From NCBI GenBank assembly GCA_023213395.1, contig CM041465.1:61635741-61699740 (forward strand): a stretch of 64,000 nt of DNA, in the 5' to 3' direction. The first letter of the stretch is position 1, and each line of letters starts with the position of its first letter. Source of the stretch: Cycas panzhihuaensis. Its lineage: Eukaryota > Plantae > Cycadophyta. The notes below the pieces were generated by a model that was not told where the DNA came from, did no database searches, and saw only the letters and a program-made list of their open reading frames with translations. The translations under genes were made by a program, and so were the position numbers. Below are positions 27,871-39,951 of this stretch, piece after piece.

Positions 27871-29049
27871 GGGAGTCTTATAAGGACTGATCTAAACTAG
27901 CTAAGGGTAAATCAAGGTGTAAGTATTTGGTATAATTGATCTTGTGATGGTTAGGTGGAAGGTTTGGCATGGCTCCTATTAGGTTCTCTAGAATGACTTC
28001 ATGATTATTAAAGTGGTTAAGATGTAGAACATCTTTAAGGATAGAACCTACACCTTAATACGAAGGATGATGAGGTGAAACTAGGGCAACTATTTTTGAA
28101 AGGGCATTATGGTCCTAGATAAGAAATACATCCATGATTATTGGTACATGACAGGGGAGATTAATTTGAATGGGGAACTTTCAATATAATTAAATAATCT
28201 AATGGAAGTTAGAGTCATCTACTAGAGGGAGATTTAGAGGAGGGGATATATGCATGAGGGAAGATGTGGTGTCCTTCTGAATGACTACCTTCATTAAGGG
28301 GGAGATAATAGTGATCATGGTAATTTTCCTAATTTCCCTTCCTCATTATACTTAATCTAGGGGAGGCATTCAAAATGGGTATTTCATCATTTAGAGGCAA
28401 GAGATCTAAATGTTAATACAGAAGGAGTTTCTTACTATATTAAATAAACTAAGCTATTTAGATGGGTGATTCATGATAAGACACATCATTAAAAGAGAAA
28501 GAAGTAGTATGAGAGGAGTTTACCTATTAATAAGGATAAGGAACATGTATAATGATGGCTAGGGTGTCCTTTACGTGGTGTAAGCAAAGGATGCACTTGA
28601 GATTTATCTCATGAGAGGATGGTCCTAATAAGGTGGTTTTTTGGGAAAAAAGGGAAATATCTTAAAGTAGGACATCACCGTTAATGGTATGATGTGAAGA
28701 AGAGGAGGCTTGGTAGGTCAAGTCTTACACATCCTGGGTAGAATTTATCAAACATCTCCTAAGGCAAGGAGGTAGAGTCTCTAATAAGGAGGTGAGAGTG
28801 TGTATAGTAATAGGTTCCAAAGTGTTAAACATTTTTATATGAGATTAGCTTAAACATATGCTTTCCCATAAGGGAATGGTGTTGATCATGGTGACACTCT
28901 TAACTTTTTGTGTGCGTGTGTGTGTGTTAGAAGGGGCTCCATGGCAAAATATTATCCAAAACCTAAAGACTAAGAGAAGTACTCATAAGATTTAGAAGTA
29001 TCTCCTTTCTCTATGATGGTTTCTATGACTGGTATAGATTGCTTGATAG

Positions 29050-31250
29050 GTTTATTCTTCTATTTAATGATATTGAACTCCCTCTTATGAATGAAATTGA
29101 GCTACCAAAGATTGAAGAATAAATAGCAAACTCCTAGTTGATTTAGGGCCTCCCTAATAGAATATTATGTTTTAGGTCAAGATCTATGATGGTAAGGTTG
29201 ATTGTAAATGTTTCCTTTCTAAGGTAAGGGAGAGAGTGACTTGTCCTAATGGTACTTTTTGGTTCTTATCATATCCTTAGCAAATCCACTTACAAGGTTA
29301 GTAAGTGGTAATTTATAAATCCTCTATGAGATAGAAAGGAATCATATTCACTAATGATCCCTCATTGATAATTACACACTAAATGTTCATCTTGTCTTTA
29401 TAGATTTCAATAGAAAAATGAGGAACATTATTAGGATTCCTCTTCATCTTGTTAGGAAAAATAGAAAGATCAAAGGAGAGGGTAAGCTTTATTGGGTAAT
29501 TGGGAGTAGATACCCCCTATGCATTAAGCAAGACTTGATATTATTGTGGGAAACTCCTCAATAAATCTATTATTGAGATCTTGATACAGATGGTCCTTAA
29601 CTTATCAACTAAATAAAAGGATCCATCTTTCATGGGGAATGGGATGGATCTAAAATAAAGAGGTCTTGGAGGCATGAGGGGTAAAGTTTCTTGAGTTTTA
29701 GCCTACAAGTCTTCAAGAAACTTGGATGAAGCTAGGTTCCTCATTATCTTTATTATGTTAGTTATTCTTTTATTTCATGTCCCTTAGATAGTGGTTGATT
29801 TTAATTGTTAGCCCTTTCTGCACCACCCTTGGGTGGGGTGGTATATTTCTTATTAAGTTTCAAACATGAACTTTCATTATCACTAGTGTTTTCTTTTTTA
29901 ACCTTTACTTTAGTTTTATCCTTAGTATGATCCTAATCATGGATAAGTAAGGGGTCCTTATAGATTAGTTGATATTGATTAGGCTTATAAGTAGTGTTAT
30001 TAGTACTTTGGGATTTTTGACCTATTACCTAAACCACATGACAGTCATCTTGATTATGGGTATCAATTTGGTACTAAGAATACTAAGGAGTCCTCTTTAG
30101 TAGGGAAGTAGAATGCCCTTATCATTTCTTCCCCTTAGCATAATGGATGATCTTGGTCTCTTATTTTGGACTAGAAGTAAGAGAGTTCTCAATATGTAAC
30201 TTGGTGTTTATGGTGCATTGAAGGGCTCTAATGGAAGATGTGAAATGATCATATATATGGTCTCCCTAAGTAGTTCTAGACCCTTAGGAGGAGTCCTTTG
30301 CTAGAAGAGGCTTGTTGATCTTCTTAATTTTGACCTAAATCTCAAAGGCCTTGAGAGCTAAACATTTATTAACATCTTTCTCATAGGTTTGGGGGCCAAG
30401 TTTTAGAACTTCTAAGTTGACATGGGGTCTCAAAGCATTGGTAAATATAACAAATAGAATGCCTGAGTTAAGGTGGGAATGGTAAGCATGAACTAGGTCT
30501 TGGAACCATCTTATAAAGTTGTAAGATGATTTATCATTACTTTATTTCACAAAGAGAAGGGACTTGATGCCCATTTAAAATAGCCTAGTAACATTAAAGT
30601 AGTTGATAAAAGTATTAACTAACTATTAAAATATAAAAATAGAAGTAGGTTAAAGGCAATAAAATGACTTCAAAGCATTGCCTTAAAGTGATTTTGGGAA
30701 CAATCTTATCATAACATAATTATATAGAAAGAAATTAATGCATATAAGTACAAAGGCTTACAAGTATCCAAAAGATCTTATGTTTCTTCTCTAGATAATA
30801 TTAGTAACTTAAGAACAAAAGAAGGAACCAATGAAAGGAAGACTTCTTACAAAAAGAGGGTCCTTATGTAATCCATGAATGGCCTCCTAGTTCTTAATGT
30901 AGATAAGGGTTGAGGAGGAGATGAAAGGAGCCTTAGATCAACACCACATCCATATTTAACATTCCTTGAAGTTGCTTCTAATTCTTTGAAAATAAGAGAA
31001 TAAATAATAATTAGTGTTATGGAAGAGAAAGTGTATTAATAATTAATGGAACACTAAGAGAAAAGGGCCTATTGATGGATGGAGAGGTAAATTTAAGGTT
31101 AAGGAAGGAAAAGTCCGAAAGATGGATTTCAAATTCATTAAGAAAGCCTCATAAATCACCAACAAAGAAGCTCCAAAACCAATTAAGATTAAAGGCAAAC
31201 CATTAGAGGGAGGCACCAGTACAATTTTGGTAGCACTTCATTACATGAAA
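29050..31250 (-). pseudogene. Tat-A gag-protease
   Basis: Gag core (30400-30800) homologous to Tat-B 56650-57150. Protease IIINEGSLVNMIP and HNILLGRP*I. Confidence 0.82.
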
Positions 31251-31574
31251 GCTCCTCCCCTTATTTTGAAAATAGATGGGTATTTATAGAAAAAGAGAGG
31301 GAAAATGGGGAAGGCCAAAACCATGGTTTTGCTAATTTTTCTCAAAAAATCTTTGTATGAGGCTAGGTAAACTTAATAGGAACACACCAAGAATGATGGA
31401 ACAATACCACCCTACAAATCTAGGCTAGAGTCAAGCCAAAATTGTAGAGATTTCTATGTTCTATCACTAATTTAATGAGTGAAATAGTTTAAAATATGAG
31501 ATTATACTAAAAATATGAGAATACAAATAAAATATAAAATGCGATAGACTATTATAATTTTTTTCTCTACTATC

Positions 31575-31592
31575 ACCTTTTTGGAAACACCA
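31575..31592 (-). promoter_or_regulatory. Putative primer-binding site of Tat-A (tRNA not assigned)
   Basis: Minus strand CA-TATTTT-TGGTGTTTCCAAAAAGGT, same spacer as the Tat-B PBS. Confidence 0.5.
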
Positions 31593-31598
31593 AAAATA

Positions 31599-32270
31599 TG
31601 ATAGTCTAGAAAGAGAAAAAATACAAAAGCCTTGAACATAGTTCAATAAAGTCAGATTATTGGGCCTTAATTAAGTAATGAGGACTTAAATTAAGATTAG
31701 ATAAAGATATAAATATACCAAATAGTGATAAAAAATAAGAAAGAATAGAGTGCAATCTTGACAACATTCTAACCAAATGCAAATAGGTAAGACTTAGAGT
31801 AACTTCTTAGACCATGTTAAACAAGGTTATACAAATGCATTACTAGATTAATTATTGACTAATAATGGCATCACAATTACACATAGGTGATAGCCATCCT
31901 ATTGGAAATCATTAAAGCCAAGGAAACAAAGTGAAATGATAAATACTAGTAAACCCAATCAAAGATTTCTTCAGTTAATGACTACCTAAAGGACACCTCA
32001 TCACTAAAGTACTTAACTAAATCATAATGATTAGCCTAATGCAAATCTAATTAATAAACAACTTAGGAAAATAAAGAGGGATGGGAACTTTTCCATGCTA
32101 AAAGGGGCTAGACATGGTGAAACACATAGTATTCATGCAATTTGTAAATCCCAAGTATTATGGTTAGTAGATTTGATAGCTAAAAATCTCTCTCACCTAG
32201 AGTTTGACAAGTGGGCATTAAGTTCATACACACAAAGATTGGTCCTTCCATAATTCCATTCTCTTATAGT
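31599..32270 (-). repeat. Partial 5' LTR of Tat-A
   Basis: Begins TG on the plus strand immediately beyond the putative PBS. No partner LTR found. Confidence 0.45.
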
Positions 32271-32279
32271 GAGATTAAA

Positions 32280-33940
32280 TTTTTGTCCACCCCACCTCAT
32301 CATTCATCCCTTAATTTTTGACTAAATACTATTCTACTCCCCTTGGTGGTCATTAAAGGTTCGATAAAACATAAAGATAAATTTGGTTTAACTTCCATTA
32401 GCCCTACATGAAATCTTCCATCCTTTTATTTATCTTTGAATATGATGCTTTGCAAGGAAATAAAGTTGATACAAAATCTTAACTTGGCCTCCTTTAACCT
32501 TTGAATATACCCCAAGGTAAATGGTAGGATATTGCTATGGATTTTATCAATTGGTTACCATTATCTGCTAGGTTTGACTTAATACTAGTAGTTATTAATA
32601 GACTTACCAAGTATGTATATTTCTTATATGTTCAAAGTTCTTATAAAGCTTCCTACCTAGTTGATATTTACATCCATTTGACCCTTTGTCTCTAAGGGTT
32701 CCCATCATTAATAGTTTATGACTGATATCTTGAATTCATGAGTATATTTTGGTAAGAACTCTTTTGAGCCTTTAGGACCTCGTTTAGCATGAGCTCAACT
32801 TACCATCCATAAACTGATAATTAATTCAAAGTTTTGAATAAGATCGTAGAAATATATTTATGATGCTTTACATTATAATATCAATACAAATGGACTTTAT
32901 AGCTATCTGTTGCAGAATATGGTATAACTCTTCACACCACTTAATAATTGGCATGTCCCTCTTCATGGACCTCTATGGATATTTGTCTCTAGTTCACCAC
33001 ATTATCATCACTAATATTTGTACTACTACAGTCCAATAAAAACTCTAAGATATGGACCAAGTTCTACACACACTTAAACAAAACCTTGTAGTAACCTAAA
33101 ATTACATGAAATAACTCATTGATTATTATCATTCTGATCGATCATTTCATATGGGTGATTTTGTGTTCCTTTAGCTTTAATTGTATAAGCAATAGTCTCT
33201 CAAACATAAAAAAGCCAAAAGCTAAGTCCTCATTACCATGGGACATACAAAGTTCTTCAATGAATTAGTGATGTCATATATTCACTTAAGCTTCCCACCC
33301 CACCCCCCAAATGAAAATCTATAATGTATTCCATATCTTATATCTTAAGAAAAACCTTGACAAGAATAAAATACCTCAATCTACATTGCCAGTTTTAGAT
33401 GAAGAGAAACATCTTACTATTTTCTTGACTTTCTTCTCATCAACTACCAATTACACCTTGGAAGTAGGGCCATTTATGATTACTTAATATCATAGATGAG
33501 TTATCAATTAAATGAAGTTACATGGAAGTCTTTCGAATTTGTTAAGCAATATCCTCATTTTCATCTTAGATTTGAGGACCCAATATATCAAGGGAGAGGA
33601 CCTATTACATGGCCACTCATCATTAGGAAAAAATGGTTAAGCTAATACTTATTCTAAGGAGACTTTTATGGTTAGTATTAGCCATTGACCTTTATGTGTA
33701 GGTCACTTATGTTTGCCAATGGAAATTGAGGCTATTTTCCCCACTAATAGTATCTTATGTAAAGGGGCCTCTCTTGCCTATTTAAGGCTAACTTACTGTA
33801 AAGGGAAGGTTATTGAGTCTTATTATTTTTTAGAGGTTATATTTTAGTACCCCCTTTTGGTGATCTTTTATGCTCTTTTAGTGAACTTATGAGCTCTTCC
33901 TTATAATCCATCTTATAAATTATAATAAACTATTATAATA
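32280..33940 (+). mobile_element. G4: 5'-truncated chromovirus of the G1 family (INT, chromodomain, PPT, 3' LTR)
   Basis: Collinear with 3540-5150 (e.g. CCCAAGGTAAATGGTAGGATATTGCTATGGATTTTAT). PPT 33590-33600. LTR starts TATTACAT at 33603. Confidence 0.88.
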
Positions 33941-35874
33941 TTATTTAAGATTTATGTTTCTATACTCGAGTTTGGAGAATTATTAGTGAAAGTTCATTCC
34001 AATTATGCTTATATATGCATCTCTTCTTTTATATTTAATATTGATCCTTGTTTATTATTTCTTATATCATATATACTATTTAACCTATCTATATTTGTAT
34101 AGGTTAACTTTACATATTGTAGCATCTAATATGGTTTGTATGTATTTGCATCCCTCAATATATTTTACACATTGTATCACTACCAAGCATGTCTATTATA
34201 TGTCATTATATTTTACATATTATGTTTGTTTTCCCTTGAATATACTATTTGCAATGGAAGTTTGCATTATAGTATCTCTATACCTCATGCCTAAGCAATA
34301 ACTATCTTATGTACTATGCTTTTGTCTCCATTTGCATAGATTTGAATGCATGCTTTTGTCTTGAGTGTGATGTTATTTGTGACTTGATAGAGGGAAAGCA
34401 TGATTCTTATGCTTGTTGGAGCATTTACAGGTTTGTGTTGCTTGGTCCTTTACATTACTATCTACCATCTATTTGTCAACTTGTATGCATATTATTTATT
34501 GTTAGTTTAGATTTGTTATAATGCTTGATGCACATTACATTCATGTGAATCATTTATACTCATATACTCTTGAATATGTATTTACATATCTTGTAAGTTT
34601 AAATTTAATTATATAACATCTACATCCTATCTAGTTAGATGCATATATATGTTCTTTCTTGAATCATATGCTTGCATATTTTCTTTTAGAGTTATCACTC
34701 TTGAGGTCCAGCATCTACATACGATGATTATAGCCTATACATAAACATATCTATGGATAAAATATTCTAGAGTTGTGTATGAGTCTAGTATGCCTAATAG
34801 TCTCCATGAGAGTAGAGGTATTTCTGTGACTAGTAGTCTTATCTCCATTATTTCCTATACATATATTGTACCATCTATTTAGAAGGATATTATCTCTGTG
34901 TTTCTTTATGAGATAGTATCATAAAGCCTGAGTTATATCTCTACTTTACTATCATAATCTCATATCTTTGTGCCATTGTTTGGATACTTTTCTTTAACCA
35001 CCAAGGGTTGAGATGCCCCTTATGTATGTATTTCCAATGACTTTGTATCATCTTCCTATGAGATATTTAAGTTAGTATGCAACTACTAGTATTGAATGTG
35101 TTCTATAGGTTTGTTAGAAAGTAACTATCCAGTTAACAATTATATTTACGATTTGAATTCATTGCTCTAAAGTTATCTCCATTTTCTGACATCAGAGGTA
35201 GTTTAAACTTGTCTTTGAATCTAATTGGTGCACTTGATAACTTATTGGGAAAAATGATAGGACTTGAATATATTTTAATTAGACTAGTAGAATTTCTTAT
35301 GATTAAAGGAATTTAAGAACTTAAAGAACAAACCTAGTGAATTCATTATTTTTTTCTTAAGCATCTAATATTTTGAGAAATTAATTATATTCCATACTTT
35401 CATAGAGTTTGTTGCCTTATAGTCCTATTTTCCTATAGTTTGTAGGTCATATATAACAACCAAGTGACTATAAGAACATTGTTTTCTACTTTTGAAAAGG
35501 GGCTTAACTACATTTCTAAGGTGCTTGCCTCATTTCAAGCACTTGTTTCTACTTTAACAAATCTAACTTTCATATGTGGAGCTCATTTTTAAATTTATCA
35601 GCTTTAGTGTGATCTTCAGTCTTACCCAAATGAAATAAGTGGTCACTTCTCTATATTAGGTTTGTATTTAGTGGTTTATTTAATGAGACAAAGTTGATGT
35701 AAAGTTTTCACTATAGTTCATGTAATAAGAACCTTTTATTAAATTTAACTTCCTTATACTATTTAAGGCATTACATTACCATAAAATGTTAGATTTAAGT
35801 GTTTTTCAAAGTGTTAAATTTGTATTTCAATTCTCTACAAAGTGAATGTTCATTTAAATATTTTAAAAATCATT

Positions 35875-36636
35875 TGATGTATTATTCTTGACAGGGGAGA
35901 GTTCTACCTAGTTTCAACCTGAGTTTAAGATTTATACACACTTGAAAGTATACTTAATTAATGGACACAAAAGAAGCAATGAATTTATTAAAAATCTCAA
36001 ATGTAAAAATGAATTACATTAATCTCATATCATAAAGTATATTAGATAATAAACATTATATAGAAAAAGCCTCACATAAGGAACAAAAGAAGTGGTTACA
36101 ATACATAAGAGGAATATTGAATGGAAGCTCATGCAAGGTGACAATTAACACCTTGCATGATTAAATCAACTTTATAATATTTTAATATTGAGAGAAAATA
36201 AACCCCCATATAGTTAGGTTCATAATATTAATATGCGACTTAACCCTTTTATAAATAAAACCCTCAATATAAACTATGTATAAAAAATTACTTAAATATA
36301 ATACAATGAATCCTTAATAAATTAATGAAATCAATAATTAATTATGCTATCACCCTCCCTTAATGATGAGTTCATTAATTCTAATACTAAGGCCAAGCCA
36401 AAACCTTTCAAATTTATTATGAGAGAGTGCCTTTGTGAAGATATCTACTATTTGATCATTGATATACTTGTAGATCAAGTCTATCACACAATCCTATACA
36501 TGCTCCCTAATGAAGTGATGGTGAACCTTAATATGTTTTCTTTTAGCACAAAACATAGGATTCTTGGCCAATTTAAGAATGCTTTGATTGTCATAAAACA
36601 GTAATATAGCTTGTGTCTGATTGATTCCAAGCTCTT
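35875..36636 (-). mobile_element. Host Ty1/copia C1, 3' part (RNase H end, PPT 36353-36362, 3' LTR)
   Basis: LGINQTQAILLFYDNQSILKLAKNPMF..KHIKVHHHFIRE..DIFTKAL. Joins 60783 across the CTCTT TSD. Left LTR end approximate. Confidence 0.85.
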
Positions 36637-37635
36637 TGGTGTCATCTCAGGTGGACCTAAACTAGATATCTCTTAGTCGGTGAAGTGTTTCCTTTATTTC
36701 AATTTGGACTAACAGATATGAGGTTTAAGAAGACCTAAGTAACCACGTTTGCCTAACTCCTAAGAAGGAGTCTTCACTTAGTTATGTTGTTAAATAAGAT
36801 ATGAAATGAAGAGTATGACGAAAGGTTTGGATGTAAGGAGGGTGGTAGAATCTACTAACCTACACAATTGGGTGAAGGAGTTCTAGATTCTATTAGAAAA
36901 TAGAACCTATAATAAAATATTTACAAATGTAATAGAACAGAACAAACACACCTCCACAGGATTGAATGGTACCCTTAAGTTACCTCCATTGTATTAACAA
37001 AACATCCTTACCACATCATTCAATATGATACACAACGTTGTGTATTTATAATACATGTTAATATAGAGAGAGTTAGACCCACTTGCATGTGGGATAAAAC
37101 AAATATGCATTAATATTCTAACACTCCCCCTTAATGCATATTTGGGTCATTTGTATTTGCAATGCTTTATCCTTAGAAATATCTTGAAAATGATGTTTTT
37201 AACTTGATCCTTATCTTCAATCTTGTAGTGATATCTTTGTTACAAAATGATATCTTCATCTTGATTTTCATCTTTAATTCTATATTGATACCTTTGTAAG
37301 ATGATATCCTCAGCTTGATTACCATCTTCAATTCTGTAGTGATGACATTGATATAACTACTCTAGTAAGTGCAAATCTTGATTCTTCATTATGATTGGTC
37401 TAGTCTGATTTGGATGAAGATCCTGTAAGTAACTATCTTCAAACACAACTTGCTTGTTATAATTATCCTATATAAGTTCTTGATTACCATGTATAACAGT
37501 GATTTCTTCAACCTTTGAAGTAGAATCCCAATCAACTAGCATTCTCTTTGAAATTGAATCAATGCTCAAAGTAGGATCATCATTTAGACTTGAATCAATA
37601 CAAGACTCATCTTTTATGGGATCATCATATTCACA

Positions 37636-38241
37636 TTAAATTTCTCTTAAAATAATAGTGTCATCTAAATAAACCTTTATCAATTCATCACTTTCAATAT
37701 CTTCATCAGTAGTTGTAGTCTCATCAATGCATTTAATCATTATTTCTTTACATTTAGTAGAAATTTCACTAGTACTCATACGTCCTTCATCTTGACATAT
37801 TATTTCATCAATGTTGATGATATTTTCTTCATTTATTATACCTATACCATAACCATAACTGGCCTTAATTGCCTTTTCAATCATTTGTTGTGTCTCTTCA
37901 GGAGTTTGCTCAAATACTACCCTCAGAAAATCCCAAGCTTCTTTAACAGTACTTGCATGTAGAATCATAGGAATGACAAAATGGTATTCGAAAGGAAGAT
38001 TAGCCTTATTAAATACAATACGAATCATAATAAATGCCTTTCTATCTTTATTCTCAAGCATTTCCTTTTCTTCTTCATCCTTAGGGATATCATACTCATT
38101 AGTAACAATCTTCCACAAACCTCTAGCTATAAATAAACATCTCATTTTAATTGTCCAAAAGAAGTAGTCTTCACCATTACACTTAAGTACTAGAAGAAAT
38201 GAATCCCTTAAATAGTATTCATTTGTTTTAGGAAATGGCAT
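37636..38241 (-). CDS. C2 copia Gag N-terminal domain ORF; same frame continues with stops to ~37147
   Basis: NGEDYFFWTIKMRCLFIARGLWKIV..KDRKAF..ASTVKEAWDFL (DUF4219/Retrotran_gag_2-like) followed by an acidic tail. Confidence 0.8.
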   Translation of the reverse strand: MPFPKTNEYYLRDSFLLVLKCNGEDYFFWTIKMRCLFIARGLWKIVTNEYDIPKDEEEKEMLENKDRKAFIMIRIVFNKANLPFEYHFVIPMILHASTVKEAWDFLRVVFEQTPEETQQMIEKAIKASYGYGIGIINEENIINIDEIICQDEGRMSTSEISTKCKEIMIKCIDETTTTDEDIESDELIKVYLDDTIILREI

Positions 38242-38309
38242 TTATAATCATGGAGAAAAATGATGTGGTTATGTATGTTCCTAAATCATTTGATGTCTCA
38301 TAAAGCAAT

Positions 38310-38528
<219 letters not shown>

Positions 38529-39729
38529 AGGATGATACAAACAAGGTGACACGACCATATAAATCAAAAGATTTATAAAATTTGTGGCTAAAATATATCG
38601 ATGCATATGGGTGACTCATATCAAATGATACAAAGGAGATTTTATAACATCAAGAGGTGAATTTAATCAACAAAGGCATACAAATAAACACACAATGGTT
38701 GATGTTAATGAATATATCAAAATATATCACTATTATTATGGCAGGGTTGCAAACAATGACATGACATTCAGGAAGACCCTGACTAATGACTGCATGTATG
38801 TAACTAACAGGTGTATAGTAACAATATACATGGTCATGTGACTACAATAATTTCAAACAAGGTGAACATGAAGTGCAATGATTAAATACTAATCATGCGG
38901 GGCACACAAAGAAACTTGGGTGGATGTATATGGCATGAGCGACCTCAAAAAATAATTATAAATATAATCAATGCACATACTGGTATAAAAGAAAAATGAT
39001 GGTGTGAAGAAATAAACAGTAGGCAGATATATTTTTTGATTAGGGTTGACTTTGTTAACACACAATCAACAATCAGTAGATGTTGAATGACATCTATGTC
39101 TTGATGAATTCCAATTATTAAATCACATAATTTTATAATGTGATTGGGTCAAGGTGACTGGTAAATATCCTCTACAAGTGATAAAGAATAGCAACACACT
39201 AAGTTAAAGACAACTACAAATGAGATTTATACTGATGGCTTGGGTGACCAAATGAATGAAATGCAGTATAAAATGGTAAGCATGATGGATATGTATGGCG
39301 AACAATATCACGCGACTGCATACACATTATACACATTAACGTGTAGGTGACTGAGATCAAATAAAACTATGACTAGATGATGAGGATAGAGACGCAAGGC
39401 AGACAGATATATATCTCAGATATCTCTTGAATTACTATGCAAAGGAAATCAGGGATTACATAAATTATCATGGAAGTATCATGAGATTATTAATAGAGGT
39501 GATGTCAAAATAATGGAGTGGCAGAAATTCATAGCTGTCTTAATATCAAAACTGGTGGTTGCAGGCGATAGAAAACTCAAATAAGACTGATGGTTGCAAT
39601 ACACACGTAGTGATGGCAATTAAAATACATTCACAACTGGTGAATATGCAGACACATAAATCAATAATTTACATATATTCACACAATCACAAAAAGATAA
39701 ATTCAATGGAAATCAAATCAATATTCAGG

Positions 39730-39951
<222 letters not shown>

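Larger units (their letters stand above)
20870..32270 (-). mobile_element. Tat-type Ty3/gypsy element Tat-A (aRH downstream of INT, TatIII-like arrangement); 3' LTR not found
   Basis: gag, PR, RT, RH, INT on minus strand, then extra ORF plus aRH, then antisense PMD-like gene. Leader/LTR junction ACCAAAAATATG is identical to Tat-B. Confidence 0.85.

Noticed and set aside
27900-29050. aRH, G-patch or Ogre-type intron between Tat-A protease and RT
   Set aside because: No such motifs or convincing splice sites found in the parts I translated; aRH was found downstream of INT instead
31489-31545. Similarity to 49486-49540
   Set aside because: Short A-rich low-complexity match that could be chance
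34005-34521. Hydrophobic ORFs suggesting an env-like or membrane protein
   Set aside because: T-rich low-complexity LTR/UTR-like sequence with no motif or homologous second copy
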